From an uncultured Anaerolineales bacterium (GTDB taxonomy: Bacteria; Chloroflexota; Anaerolineae; Anaerolineales; UBA11858): a stretch of 64,000 nucleotides of DNA. Of this stretch, positions 35,342-45,268 are shown piece after piece; positions within the stretch are counted from its first letter, which is position 1; each line of letters starts with the position of its first letter. Both the position numbers and the translations under genes were made by a program. The DNA is taken from the NCBI GenBank assembly GCA_964419495.1, contig CAYQQX010000004.1:5165-69164 (forward strand). The letters are read 5' to 3'. The notes under the pieces are model-generated. The model worked only from the letters and a program-made list of their open reading frames with translations. It ran no database searches and had not been told where the DNA came from.

Positions 35342-36757
35342 ATGTTATCACATTTTGGCGATTTTTTGCGCATAGATTTAAAGATCGACCCTTCAGAAAC
35401 GTTAATTGTGGGCGTATCTGGAGGGCCTGATAGCCTTTGTTTGCTAGATCTCCTTCATCGGGAAGGATTCTCGTTGGTTGTGGCGCATTTGGATCATGGA
35501 CTGAGGCCTGAATCAGCGGCTGAAACGCGCCGGGTGGGGTTGATTGCTGGGGCCCTGGGGGTGCCATTTGTCTCCGATGTGCGTATAGCCAGCGATTTCC
35601 CAGGAAAATCTATTGAAGAAGCGGCCCGAATTGCTCGTTATGAATTTTTATTCCAGCAGGCCGTTGAGCTTGGGGCCCAAGCCGTAGTTGTGGGTCACAA
35701 CGCCGATGACCAGGCTGAAACTGTTTTGATGCATCTGCTGCGCGGTAGTGGATTGGGTGGGCTCAAGGGCATGCGGCCAATCTCGCTGCCCAATCCCTGG
35801 AGCGAAACGATTCCTTTAGTACGGCCGCTCTTGCGTACCTGGCGGTCTGAGATCGAGGATTATTGCCAGCAACGCGGCTTGGATCCTTTTCAGGATAGCA
35901 GCAACGCCGACACGAAATTCTTCCGCAACCGCCTGCGCCATGAGTTGATCCCTTTGCTCGATGACTACGTCCCAGGGGTTGCCAAACGTCTCTGGCACAT
36001 GGCCGAAGTCCTTACGGAGGATAATGCTGTCTTGGAAGATGCCGTTGATGCGGCCAGAAACCTATGTCTTCATTCTGTGGACAGCGGCCATATCAGCTTT
36101 GATGCCCGTGTTCTAAGATATCAACCTTTGGCCATCCAGCGACGGCTGATCCGCTGGGCAGTGACGCAGCTTCGTTCCGACATCCGTGACCTGGACTTCG
36201 CTGCTGTAGAAAGAGCCTTGCAGCCTCTGACATCTCAGGAACCCAAACAATACGACCTTGCCCTGGGACTACGCACCTTCCTCGAAAACGACCTGCTCTA
36301 CATTGCCGACTGGACCGCGGATTTGCCCAATTCAAGTTGGCCGCAACTAGATACGGAGATCCAACTTGAAATCCCCGGCGAAGTAGAATTGGCCAACGAC
36401 TGGCGCTTGAAAGCGAGGTTAGTTGACGATGTGAAAGCCGCCTGGGAACAGATGCTTGAAAACACCGACCCTCTTCGAGCATGGATTGATCTTGGGGACC
36501 ACGAACCCACCCTGAATATCAGACCACGCCGACCCGGTGATAGGTTTCAACCTTTTGGCATGGGGGGCAAAACCAGTAAAATTTCTGACTTCATGATTAA
36601 TCACAAAATCCCCGCCCGGGCGCGACACAGTTGGCCCTTAGTATGTGTAGGCGATGAGTTTGCCTGGGTGGCGGGATTCCGCATTGGGCATATTTTTTCG
36701 ATCAGCCCGAAAACCAAGCGGGCGATCTTTCTGCAGTTGCTTGAGCCGAATAATTAG
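35342..36757 (+). CDS. tilS: tRNA(Ile)-lysidine synthetase
   Basis: 471 aa with PP-loop VGVSGGPDS, plus the TilS substrate-binding and C-terminal domains. Confidence 0.9.
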   Translation: MLSHFGDFLRIDLKIDPSETLIVGVSGGPDSLCLLDLLHREGFSLVVAHLDHGLRPESAAETRRVGLIAGALGVPFVSDVRIASDFPGKSIEEAARIARYEFLFQQAVELGAQAVVVGHNADDQAETVLMHLLRGSGLGGLKGMRPISLPNPWSETIPLVRPLLRTWRSEIEDYCQQRGLDPFQDSSNADTKFFRNRLRHELIPLLDDYVPGVAKRLWHMAEVLTEDNAVLEDAVDAARNLCLHSVDSGHISFDARVLRYQPLAIQRRLIRWAVTQLRSDIRDLDFAAVERALQPLTSQEPKQYDLALGLRTFLENDLLYIADWTADLPNSSWPQLDTEIQLEIPGEVELANDWRLKARLVDDVKAAWEQMLENTDPLRAWIDLGDHEPTLNIRPRRPGDRFQPFGMGGKTSKISDFMINHKIPARARHSWPLVCVGDEFAWVAGFRIGHIFSISPKTKRAIFLQLLEPNN

Positions 36758-36867
36758 AGACAAATATCCCTTTCGGTGTATTTTTGATACGTTTTCCCCT
36801 AGGGTGGCAGGCCAACCGCGTTGGCCGTCAATTTCAGATAGGGGTCTGATTATATAAAAAAGTTAAT

Positions 36868-38241
36868 CTAAGGTTCGGCCCAAATAATGAAGCTCTCACT
36901 CTTGCAGGTTTGCAATTCATTGAAAAGATTGACGCAAACATCATAAGAAATGCTTGTGCCGTTTGGGGCATTGATGGGATATAACGACAAAGACGAACTC
37001 CCATCGGCTTGGGTTGGGGGCATAGAAATCGTGATGCTGATATTTTCAGGCAGCCTGAGAATCAGATCGGGCTTTATGTTCTCCAATGGAATTTGATCTT
37101 TAAGAATCTTCACTGTAACTATCTGTGATGAGTTTGGGGGAACGTATGAAAATTCTTGGAAGACATTTAATATGTCTGTTTGGTAAATAGATTGCAATTC
37201 GGAATTTAAGAAATCTGTTTTGTGATAGAACTTATCCCGATAAAGGTATCCAAGCGGGAGAGGCCTGATCTTGAGATTTTCAGGGTTGTTGGGGAAATAA
37301 TCTAAGCACAAATTCTGGAAGCACTGTCTGTAAAGGTGATCGCTCAATCTCGTCAGAGGCGTAACTACAGAACCGGCATATTGAAGGCCAATGTTGCGTT
37401 CAAGATACTCAACAAATAACACGGGGATTTCATGGGCAATTTCTGGTTGCAGGGGCATCCCAAGCATGGATGGAATTGGACGCAGTTGAATATCTTGCAG
37501 GTTGTTTGGCGAGACTACAAAAACAACATTTTGAAAGATTTGTTCGATCTTGCCATCCGTGGCTATATGGGGTATTGCCAATGGCCTGCCGATTGTTTCA
37601 GGAGAAAGACTGTTGATCACAGTGATAAACGGTTGTGCTGATTTGCCTAGCAAGATGACTTCGCTATTCCCTTGATTTGCAAAATCACATTCCTTTGCGC
37701 ACTTCCATACACCATAATCAAGCAGGTGAACCTGACCGGGTACATCAGAATCTAATTGATAAAATCCCAGGTTTTCGAAATGCTGTTCGATTCTGGATTT
37801 TTCACTGTTGTAGAGCACATTGGTCAAAGGTTTTCCGGTGACGGTTTCGCCCCCTAACTGAATATAGAACTCTAGAAATCCTGGGTATACCTCAATCCCT
37901 TTCGTCAGGTCCCCAGGCGATCCAAAGTATTCGGCGACACCCATAGATATTCCAATCGGCGCTAATTTTACTTGCTGATCCGAAGGCAAGGTTGCGTTGT
38001 ATTCGAAACGAACCGCGGATGTGTATTGGTAATCAATGCCACCTGCTTGCAGTAAGGGGGAAATTGCAGGCCCCAGTACATTTTCCCCACCTAAGAGGCT
38101 GTATTGCGGGATAAAGCGATTGTCGATGAAATAGGATTTGGGGACATCCGGAGTTGATGGAATGTCGGATTGCAGACACCCAGAAACGATCAATGAAACA
38201 AGCAGTGTAATGATTACCCAACGGTGTGTTAGTTTGTTCAC
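36868..38241 (-). CDS. Hypothetical lipoprotein
   Basis: Track ORF 36868..38403, whose 5' part overlaps the divergent regulator. Plausible GTG start at 38241 gives VNKLTHRWVIITLLVSLIVSGC (lipobox). No family recognised. Confidence 0.5.
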   Translation of the reverse strand: MNKLTHRWVIITLLVSLIVSGCLQSDIPSTPDVPKSYFIDNRFIPQYSLLGGENVLGPAISPLLQAGGIDYQYTSAVRFEYNATLPSDQQVKLAPIGISMGVAEYFGSPGDLTKGIEVYPGFLEFYIQLGGETVTGKPLTNVLYNSEKSRIEQHFENLGFYQLDSDVPGQVHLLDYGVWKCAKECDFANQGNSEVILLGKSAQPFITVINSLSPETIGRPLAIPHIATDGKIEQIFQNVVFVVSPNNLQDIQLRPIPSMLGMPLQPEIAHEIPVLFVEYLERNIGLQYAGSVVTPLTRLSDHLYRQCFQNLCLDYFPNNPENLKIRPLPLGYLYRDKFYHKTDFLNSELQSIYQTDILNVFQEFSYVPPNSSQIVTVKILKDQIPLENIKPDLILRLPENISITISMPPTQADGSSSLSLYPINAPNGTSISYDVCVNLFNELQTCKSESFIIWAEP

Positions 38242-38370
38242 AATATGTATTGTATGAAAATAGATTTCAGCCAACAATAACACTCTAGGGCTATTATACC
38301 AAGGCCAGTAAATTTTCTTGCGCTCAATGGAGTGATAGAGTAGAATATCCACATTAAAAATTATTTTAAC

Positions 38371-39384
38371 GTGGATGTGATTCCAATGGATAGATTCCAA
38401 CAAATCTCGGATTTTGATGCGATTAAGGTTTTATCGGACCCGCGTCGCTTGGCAATCTTGCGTGCATTGATGTTGAACTCGGCAACGCTGACGCACCTGG
38501 GGGGTGATATGGATATGCACCCAGCTAAAGTTCGCTATCATCTCAAATTGTTGCAAGATGTTGGATTGGTGAAACTGGAACGCACCCAAATCGTAGGCAA
38601 CTATACAGAAAAATACTACACTGCCACTGCGATGGCGTTCCATATCCAAACATCTATACTGCCGCATGGTACGGGGGAGAATGTCATTATTGCCACAGGG
38701 AGTCATGATATTGCACTGGAGTTGATCGCGGATTCCTTCTGTGAGGATCAAAAGACCCCGACCATGTTCACCCTGCCTGTGGGCAGCCTGGATGGGCTGA
38801 TTGCCTTACGCCAGGGTCTTTGTCAGGTGGCGGGCTGTCATTTGCTCGATCCCATTGGTGGCGAATACAACACTTCCTATGTGCGCCATTTCTTTCCCGG
38901 GCAGCTGATGCGTATTATCACTTTGGCGCATCGTCAGCAGGGACTTCTGGTGGCAAGGGGTAATCCAAAGGGCATCCAGAATTTAGGAGATTTGGTTCGG
39001 GATGATGTTTTATTTGTCAACCGCAATCAGGGTTCGGGAACGCGCCTTTGGCTGGATCAGCAGCTCAAAGCTTTAGGTATAGAGGCGGCACAAATCCCAG
39101 GTTACAACACGGAGGTGAACACGCACGTTCAGGTTGCGGAATCCGTTTTCAAAGGGAGTGCAGATGTGGGCTTAGCCGTATTGGCATCTGCGCAAAAACA
39201 TGATCTAGATTTCCTGCACTTGTTCGAAGAGCGGTTTGATCTGGTCATCCCTGATGACGTTTACAGTTCTGCTATGCTAACGCCATTGTTAGATCACCTG
39301 ACCAGCGGCGATTATCTAAGAACGCTGGATAGTTTAGATGGCTACGATGCGCGTCAGGCTGGCAGAGAGATTTCGATTCAATGA
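38371..39384 (+). CDS. Transcriptional regulator: ArsR-like wHTH + periplasmic-binding-protein-like oxyanion (molybdate/tungstate) sensing domain (COG1910-type)
   Basis: 337 aa. N-terminus LSDPRRLAILRAL...HPAKVRYHLKLLQDVGLV. C-terminal region GSLDGLIALRQGLCQVAGCHLLD...FVNRNQGSGTR. Sits immediately upstream of tupABC. Confidence 0.7.
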   Translation: MDVIPMDRFQQISDFDAIKVLSDPRRLAILRALMLNSATLTHLGGDMDMHPAKVRYHLKLLQDVGLVKLERTQIVGNYTEKYYTATAMAFHIQTSILPHGTGENVIIATGSHDIALELIADSFCEDQKTPTMFTLPVGSLDGLIALRQGLCQVAGCHLLDPIGGEYNTSYVRHFFPGQLMRIITLAHRQQGLLVARGNPKGIQNLGDLVRDDVLFVNRNQGSGTRLWLDQQLKALGIEAAQIPGYNTEVNTHVQVAESVFKGSADVGLAVLASAQKHDLDFLHLFEERFDLVIPDDVYSSAMLTPLLDHLTSGDYLRTLDSLDGYDARQAGREISIQ

Positions 39385-39409
39385 AGATACCATTACCAAG
39401 GAGCATTAC

Positions 39410-40285
39410 ATGAAGTCTTTTCGCATAATCATCTTTCTGGGGATCCTAACCATTTTGCTGGTTGCATGCCGATCATCAGAGCTTGAAAACCAATCTGTGG
39501 AACCTCCAAGCAATCCCAATCTGATCTTGGCGACGACAACCTCTACCCAGGATTCTGGCTTGCTGGATGTTCTTGTTCCCATGTTCCAGGATCAAACGGG
39601 GTATGTCGTTCAGACTGTAGCAGTGGGGACTGGGGCAGCATTGAAAATGGCTGAAGAGGGTAACGCCGATGTATTACTGGTTCATGCACCTGCGGCTGAG
39701 AAGGCCCTCATGGATGCCGGCTGGGGGAAAGATCGCATGTTGATCATGCACAACGATTTTGTCATCGTCGGCCCGAATGATGATCCAGCTGGCATAACTG
39801 GCTTGTCTGCAGCCGCAGAGAGCTTTCAAAAAATCGCCGATGCAGGCGCGACTTTTATTACACGCGGCGATGACTCAGGGACCAACAAAAAAGAGATAAG
39901 TTTGTGGGCAGAGACTTCCGCTGATCCGAATGGGCAACCCTGGTACATTGATTCTGGTCAGGGTATGGGCGCTACCCTGATAATTGCATCCGAGAAACAG
40001 GCATACACACTCACGGATCGAGCGACATATTTGGCGAACAGTGTCAATCTCGAACTCGTAATTTTGGTTGAGGGAGATGCCGTCCTTCTCAATGTGTACC
40101 ACGTGATGACAGTCAATCCTGAGAAATGGCCAGAAACTAATTATGAAGGTGCATTTGTGTTCGCAGTATTTATGACCGCTGCTGAGACGCAAGAGTTGGT
40201 TGGCGAGTTTGGATTAGATATATATGGTCAACCCTTGTTTTTCCCCGACGCCGACAAGACTGACGCGGATTTGGGGTTTGACTAA
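39410..40285 (+). CDS. tupA: Tungstate ABC transporter substrate-binding lipoprotein
   Basis: Start at M25 of the track ORF, behind AAGGAG. Lipobox LLVAC. LATTTSTQDSGLLDVL and TRGDDSGTNKKE are TupA-type signatures. Confidence 0.8.
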   Translation: MKSFRIIIFLGILTILLVACRSSELENQSVEPPSNPNLILATTTSTQDSGLLDVLVPMFQDQTGYVVQTVAVGTGAALKMAEEGNADVLLVHAPAAEKALMDAGWGKDRMLIMHNDFVIVGPNDDPAGITGLSAAAESFQKIADAGATFITRGDDSGTNKKEISLWAETSADPNGQPWYIDSGQGMGATLIIASEKQAYTLTDRATYLANSVNLELVILVEGDAVLLNVYHVMTVNPEKWPETNYEGAFVFAVFMTAAETQELVGEFGLDIYGQPLFFPDADKTDADLGFD

Positions 40286-40325
40286 ACAATTATCAAGTTA
40301 AAAATTCTCCCAGGGAGTCCCAACA

Positions 40326-40973
40326 ATGATATTTGATGGTGAAGTTCTCCAAATTACGATCCTCTCGCTTCAGATCTCTGCCCTGGCGACTGGATTGAGC
40401 CTGCTGATTGGCTTGCCGTTTGGCACAGTGCTGGCACTAGGGAAGATCCCTGGGAGGTCATTTCTTTTGAGCATGGTCAATACAGGCATGGGATTGCCGC
40501 CGGTTGTGGTGGGTCTGTTCGTGGCGATGATGTTATGGCGTTCTGGCCCGCTTGGAGATTTGCGACTGATCTACACGCCAACGGCGATCATCATTGCTCA
40601 AGTGATCATTGCATTTCCTGTGGTCACCGGAATAACCGCTGCGGCGTTACAAGCATTGGACCCACGGCTTAGGTTGCAGCTCTACGGCTTGGGCGCTTCA
40701 CGATTGCAAATGATCTGGATGCTTTGGCGAGAAGCGCGTCTGCCTTTGTTGGCCGCGTTAATGGCCGGGTTTGGCTCGGTTATTTCGGAAGTCGGCGCCT
40801 CGATGATGGTGGGTGGGAACATTCGTTACCAGACCCGTGTATTAACCACTGCGATTGTGCTCGAAACCAGCAAGGGCCATTTTGATATCGCCATTGCTCT
40901 CGGTATGTTGTTGCTGCTGATCACCTTTTTGGTCAATTGGGCACTGACTTGGATCCAACAAAAAGATGCTTAG
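40326..40973 (+). CDS. tupB: Tungstate/oxyanion ABC transporter permease
   Basis: 215 aa, about 5 TM helices, with a BPD_transp_1-like EAA loop region. Overlaps tupC by 8 nt. Confidence 0.8.
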   Translation: MIFDGEVLQITILSLQISALATGLSLLIGLPFGTVLALGKIPGRSFLLSMVNTGMGLPPVVVGLFVAMMLWRSGPLGDLRLIYTPTAIIIAQVIIAFPVVTGITAAALQALDPRLRLQLYGLGASRLQMIWMLWREARLPLLAALMAGFGSVISEVGASMMVGGNIRYQTRVLTTAIVLETSKGHFDIAIALGMLLLLITFLVNWALTWIQQKDA

Positions 40974-42081
40974 CAATCATCCCAATAACCACAAACAGCC
41001 CATTTTGGAGGCCCGTAATCTTTCCTGCAGTCGGGGGGAGAAGCTGGTTTTGCGCATCGAGAAATTTTCAATCAATGAGGGGGAGACTGTGGCTATTATT
41101 GGTCCAAATGGCGCGGGGAAAAGCACTTTATTGTTGATGCTGGCGCAGCTATTGAAACCAGACCAAGGAGAGATATTTTTACGTGGGCAAATGGTTTCCA
41201 AAGCCGAGAGTCTCGCAATTCGTAGGCGGATTGCCCTGGTATTGCAGGATCCACTGCTGGTGAATGGAAACGTTTTTGAAAATGTCGCATTAGGGTTGCG
41301 TTTTCGCGGATTTCCAAAGCAGGAGATCAGTCGACGAGTTGAAGATTGGCTGTCTCGCTTAAATATATCCCATTTGAAAGACCGTCGCTCAAACCAGCTG
41401 TCTGGAGGCGAAGCTCAGCGCGTCAGCTTGGCGAGAGCGCTGGTTACCGAGCCTGATATTCTTATGCTGGATGAGCCCTTCAGTGCTTTAGACGCTCCTA
41501 CACGAGCTACCCTTTTGGAAGATTTCCAAGAACTGGTTTCAGAGCTGTCCTTGACAATGATTTTTGTGACACATGATCTTGATGAAGCGCTTTTCCTGGG
41601 GAATAAAGTGGCCGTGATCTTAGACGGAGAACTTAGGCAGCAGGGTCCGCCCGAAGAAATCTTCACCGCGCCAGCAGATTTGGAAGTGGCCGCATTTGTT
41701 GGTGTGGAAACGGTAATCCCGGGTAAGGTAGCTGAAATAAGGAATGGCCATGTAACCGTAGCGGTTGCAGATATTCAGATCGAAGCTGTGGGCGAAGCGA
41801 GGCTTGATCAGCCTGTTTATGTGTGTCTCCGACCCGAAGATTTGACTCTTTGGCATGGAACTGACATTCCACCTTCAAGCGCGCGAAATTTCCTTAAGGG
41901 AAAAGTCAATCGTTTATCTTCGCAAGGTCCTTTAGTGCGAGTAGTTTTGGACTGCAACTCTTTTAGGGCGGTTGCCTTGGTCACACGCACGTCTTTGCAA
42001 AAATTGAAATTAAATATTGGGGATGAAGTCGCCGCTACCTTTAAGGCTAGCGGCGTGCATATAATCCCCCGTTTGGATTAA
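40966..42081 (+). CDS. tupC: ABC transporter ATP-binding protein with C-terminal TOBE/Mop domain
   Basis: 371 aa. Walker A GPNGAGKST, signature LSGGEAQRV, Walker B LMLDEPFSALD, and a TOBE-like tail. Confidence 0.85.
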   Translation: MLSNHPNNHKQPILEARNLSCSRGEKLVLRIEKFSINEGETVAIIGPNGAGKSTLLLMLAQLLKPDQGEIFLRGQMVSKAESLAIRRRIALVLQDPLLVNGNVFENVALGLRFRGFPKQEISRRVEDWLSRLNISHLKDRRSNQLSGGEAQRVSLARALVTEPDILMLDEPFSALDAPTRATLLEDFQELVSELSLTMIFVTHDLDEALFLGNKVAVILDGELRQQGPPEEIFTAPADLEVAAFVGVETVIPGKVAEIRNGHVTVAVADIQIEAVGEARLDQPVYVCLRPEDLTLWHGTDIPPSSARNFLKGKVNRLSSQGPLVRVVLDCNSFRAVALVTRTSLQKLKLNIGDEVAATFKASGVHIIPRLD

Positions 42082-42103
42082 CATACCCAAGGTAATAATA
42101 GTT

Positions 42104-43012
42104 CTAGGGGGTTTCTGACTGTGCGTCCAGGCGTCTGAGTTTCTGGCTGACCTCGCGCCATTGCACTTTTGAAATTCCTAACTTCTGCCTGATCTTTTCT
42201 GGCTCCATGCCAGATTGCCAATCGATGAGGGCACATGTCCAGCGGCACATGCTAAAGGAAAGGTGCTTTTCCAGGCCGGCCTCTTTACTCAAATCCTCAA
42301 GCAAATATTCGAGCCGCCGCTGCGACCAGGGAAAGAGTTGATCGCTGAGATTATGTTCATTGCTGTAATCATCGTATGCAGCCACCCAGCTATCTGGTAG
42401 AGCGATTTTGCGTTCTTTGTAGCGATGCTTGGGATTGGTGTAACGCACAAAAAGCGTAGGCCCACCTTTGGCGTCAGCATCGAGATTGACATGGTTAGGG
42501 CTGAGATTCAGGCATTCGCTTTTCTTAATCCCCGTGGATAGCAGCAAATCTAAAAGGGCATAATAACGCGTGTCGGGTTTTTCGGCTCGACGGTAGGCCC
42601 CTGCGATTTCATACACGGCTTCAACCTCTGCACGAGTGAGCACTTCAGGAAGAGGACTGCGTACGGATTTTTGGACCACCTTCTCGGCAGGATCGACTAT
42701 GAGAACCCCCGCACCATGCAACCAGCGGAAGAAGGCTTTGATAGAGGTGATCCTGCGCGCCAGGGTTTTAGGGCTGCAAGGTACCCCGCGTTCATCAGTC
42801 AACCATTTTAGGAAGTTGTTGAGGTCACTGGTCGTGATGCTGCCCAAAGTGCGGTCTGGAGGGAGGAAGGACGCTAGCAGCCCAATGTCACCCATAAATG
42901 CCTTGACTGTATGGGGGGAACTGCCTTGATCGTTGAGAAAGATTTCCCAACCATTGATTGCTGGAGCGAGTGTTGTTTGCGCAGTGATATGAGCCGTCTT
43001 CTGATCCGCCAT
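42104..43012 (-). CDS. Tyrosine-recombinase (XerC/D-like) homolog lacking the catalytic residues
   Basis: Start at M5 behind GGAGG. SAM-like N-domain (ARRITSIKAFFRWL). Box I is TGIKKSE (Arg to Lys). Box II is FSMCRWT...KLGISKVQWRE, where HxxR becomes SxxR, LGH becomes LGI, and no Tyr sits at the nucleophile position. Confidence 0.65.
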   Translation of the reverse strand: MADQKTAHITAQTTLAPAINGWEIFLNDQGSSPHTVKAFMGDIGLLASFLPPDRTLGSITTSDLNNFLKWLTDERGVPCSPKTLARRITSIKAFFRWLHGAGVLIVDPAEKVVQKSVRSPLPEVLTRAEVEAVYEIAGAYRRAEKPDTRYYALLDLLLSTGIKKSECLNLSPNHVNLDADAKGGPTLFVRYTNPKHRYKERKIALPDSWVAAYDDYSNEHNLSDQLFPWSQRRLEYLLEDLSKEAGLEKHLSFSMCRWTCALIDWQSGMEPEKIRQKLGISKVQWREVSQKLRRLDAQSETP

Positions 43013-43230
43013 CCTTACCTCCATGTACTGTTATTCGCATAGCCATCACGCTGCGTATAGTTTATCCCAGGCTGGAGTGAAAGTCAACAGGACTGAAGTA
43101 CTAACCAGAAATCAAGAATGAAATTACGCTGATAACGTAGCCCGTTAACCCAATTAAGAGAAGTCTGGAGGCGATATGATATCGTTTAGTACGTAGATTT
43201 CTTTGTTGAATAAGACGGATAAGGGATTGG

Positions 43231-43815
43231 TCAATCCCGATTTTTTATCAGATTCAACCATGTTGGGTGGGTGGTAAATTTATTCCAACGCAAATCCAAG
43301 AATCGCAAGCTTCGTAGGATCCCAAAATCCTCGGGCAGCGAGGTCAAGTTGTTGAACCGGAGTTTCGAGTCAGTGAGGGCTTGGAGTCGTGTGATGCATT
43401 TAGGGAGTATGGTAAAGCGATTGCCCTGGAGGTCTAATATGCGCAACTCCGAGAGCTTTCCCAGCGCGTTGAGGAGAGATTCCAGCGTATTATTCATGGC
43501 GTAGAATTCTCGAAGGTGGGAGTGGTCTAAATGGTGGTGTTTCACAAAATCCACTGGAATAAGTGTCATTCTGAACGCAGCGTCGCCGAAGGCGTGCAGA
43601 GCAAGCGGAGTGAAGAATCCCTGAAACCAAACAATTATCAAGCAAAGCAGGATGCCTGGGATTCCTCGCTCCACTCGGAATGACAATAGAAAAGTTTGTG
43701 CCTTCTGAATAATGAACACCACGAAAATCACCACTCCCTCGAAGGTTGTTCAAATTGCCAATTGAATCTGGAAGTCGGGAAATGGCATTGTTGTATAGAC
43801 GAAATTCAATCAGAG
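43231..43815 (-). pseudogene. Leucine-rich-repeat protein remnant (5'-truncated, interrupted by MITE)
   Basis: LIEFRLYNNAISRLPDSIGNLNNL (43746-43815) and REFYAMNNTLESL...LDLQGNRFTILP...NNLTSLPEDF (43231-43516) are LRR units. No start codon: the frame opens only 10 codons upstream, after a TAG. Confidence 0.7.
43517..43737. mobile_element. 221-bp non-autonomous element (MITE) with 8-9-bp target-site duplication
   Basis: Direct repeat ctcgaagg(t) at 43509-43516 and 43738-43745. Terminal inverted repeat ggagtggt (43519-43526) / accactcc (43730-43737). Internal palindrome gtcattctgaacgcagcg...cgctccactcggaatgac (43565-43684). Confidence 0.8.
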
Positions 43816-43817
43816 AA

Positions 43818-44411
43818 TTATGTGGCGGAGTCAGGCGGAGCTACCCTCATAATTTCCGTGACTCTGATCTTTAGTGTTTTTTCATACTCAAAGTAGATAT
43901 CGTAGAAATCTGTCTTTGTGTTCCTCTCGCCCGCATTACTTGCTGTTATGGCTTCAATTTTTACGCGAAGCTTGTACCTTCCCAGTAAGTGATGGGTTTT
44001 TCCCGCAGACACATCATGGTATGAGATTTTGAAATGGGGATTTGGAATTCTGCGCGCTTTTGTAATTTCAATTTGACTTGACTTTTTGGCCGCGATATCC
44101 AGCTTGCCTTTTATGGGTTCATTTCTTACACGCCACTTGAGCGCTTTGCGTTCATACCCATTTGGCGCCATCATCCAGTCATCTCGATAATAGAATTCGA
44201 AACCTTCTACAATAACGCAGCAGTTACGAACTGGTTCTCCTTCATTTTTCACTACCAATCGGACACTTTTTTCATCTCTATTTGGTTTTAATATTCTCTG
44301 GAGAGATATTCTTTTTGAACCTTTTTCGATTGTCAAATCAGGGTTGGTTTTTTGGTCTCTAGACAGCATTTGGGCCTTCTCTTCATTGACTGGACGTTGT
44401 TTCACCATCAA
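43818..44411 (-). CDS. Hypothetical Lys/Arg-rich protein (AT-rich island)
   Basis: 197-aa ORF with no recognisable motif and low GC. Confidence 0.45.
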   Translation of the reverse strand: MMVKQRPVNEEKAQMLSRDQKTNPDLTIEKGSKRISLQRILKPNRDEKSVRLVVKNEGEPVRNCCVIVEGFEFYYRDDWMMAPNGYERKALKWRVRNEPIKGKLDIAAKKSSQIEITKARRIPNPHFKISYHDVSAGKTHHLLGRYKLRVKIEAITASNAGERNTKTDFYDIYFEYEKTLKIRVTEIMRVAPPDSAT

Positions 44412-44419
44412 AGCACCGT

Positions 44420-45268
44420 TTAGTACACTGCCAGGTCCTTCCCTATGAGGACTTCTCCCGAATATACATCGGCAATCTCCGCCAGGATTTCCTCTTCAGT
44501 GCCGCCCCAAAAGAGGGTGTGATAAAGCACCAATAGCTTTGGCTTGATCTGGTTGGCAATTTCGGCCAGTTCCTGAGTGGATGTGTGATGATCAGCGTGA
44601 TATTTCTGCCACAACTCATCTTTCTGATCGAAGGCTTTTTTATAATACACCTCGTGGAATAGCATGTCAGCATCCTGGCCGTATTTGATGATGTTTTCGC
44701 AGGGAGCGGTATCCCCTGAAATCACAATAACCCTCTCCGAGGTTGTGAAGCGCAAGCCATAGGCATTGGGCCAGGTGCCATGTTTCACCGGGAAAGCTTC
44801 AGCCTGGACGTTGTCATCCTGATAAATCAAGCCCTGTTCAATTTCATGAACATTGACCTGCCAACCTAAGTCGTTGGTAGGTTCCAATCCATATACCCTG
44901 TAGTGGATGTCATCTCGATAGGCTTTGAGAATGTGCTCAGTCAGCTCCTGCGTGCCCTTAGGGCCATAGACCTCCAACGGCTTGTCTCTGCCCATCACCC
45001 AGGGTGTCAGGATCAAATCAGGATAACCGATGGTGTGATCGGAGTGTAAGTGGGTGAGAAAGGCCGTCTTGAGATTCTTGATTTTGAGTTCGTGGAGATT
45101 GCCCCCATATTTGGACGTCAGCGCGGCGGCTTGACGGATGAGACCGGCTCCAAAATCGACCACATAGGGTGTATCACCGACCATGACGAGGATCGAAGGT
45201 CCCTGATGATTGGGATCTGGGTTGGGGTTGCCCGTACCCAATAGAATGACTTTGACATGCGAGCTCAT
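44420..45268 (-). CDS. MBL-fold metallo-hydrolase (RNase Z/beta-lactamase-like)
   Basis: Start at M35 of the track ORF (MSSHVKVILLGTG). HLHSDH (HxHxDH) motif, with later His/Asp ligands. Confidence 0.8.
   Translation of the reverse strand: MSSHVKVILLGTGNPNPDPNHQGPSILVMVGDTPYVVDFGAGLIRQAAALTSKYGGNLHELKIKNLKTAFLTHLHSDHTIGYPDLILTPWVMGRDKPLEVYGPKGTQELTEHILKAYRDDIHYRVYGLEPTNDLGWQVNVHEIEQGLIYQDDNVQAEAFPVKHGTWPNAYGLRFTTSERVIVISGDTAPCENIIKYGQDADMLFHEVYYKKAFDQKDELWQKYHADHHTSTQELAEIANQIKPKLLVLYHTLFWGGTEEEILAEIADVYSGEVLIGKDLAVY

Noticed and set aside
43498-43753. N-terminal part of ORF 43231..43734 and ORF 43490..43753 as real proteins
   Set aside because: These stretches are translations of the 221-bp MITE (gtcattc...gaatgac palindrome). 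Removing the element joins the flanking LRR units in frame.
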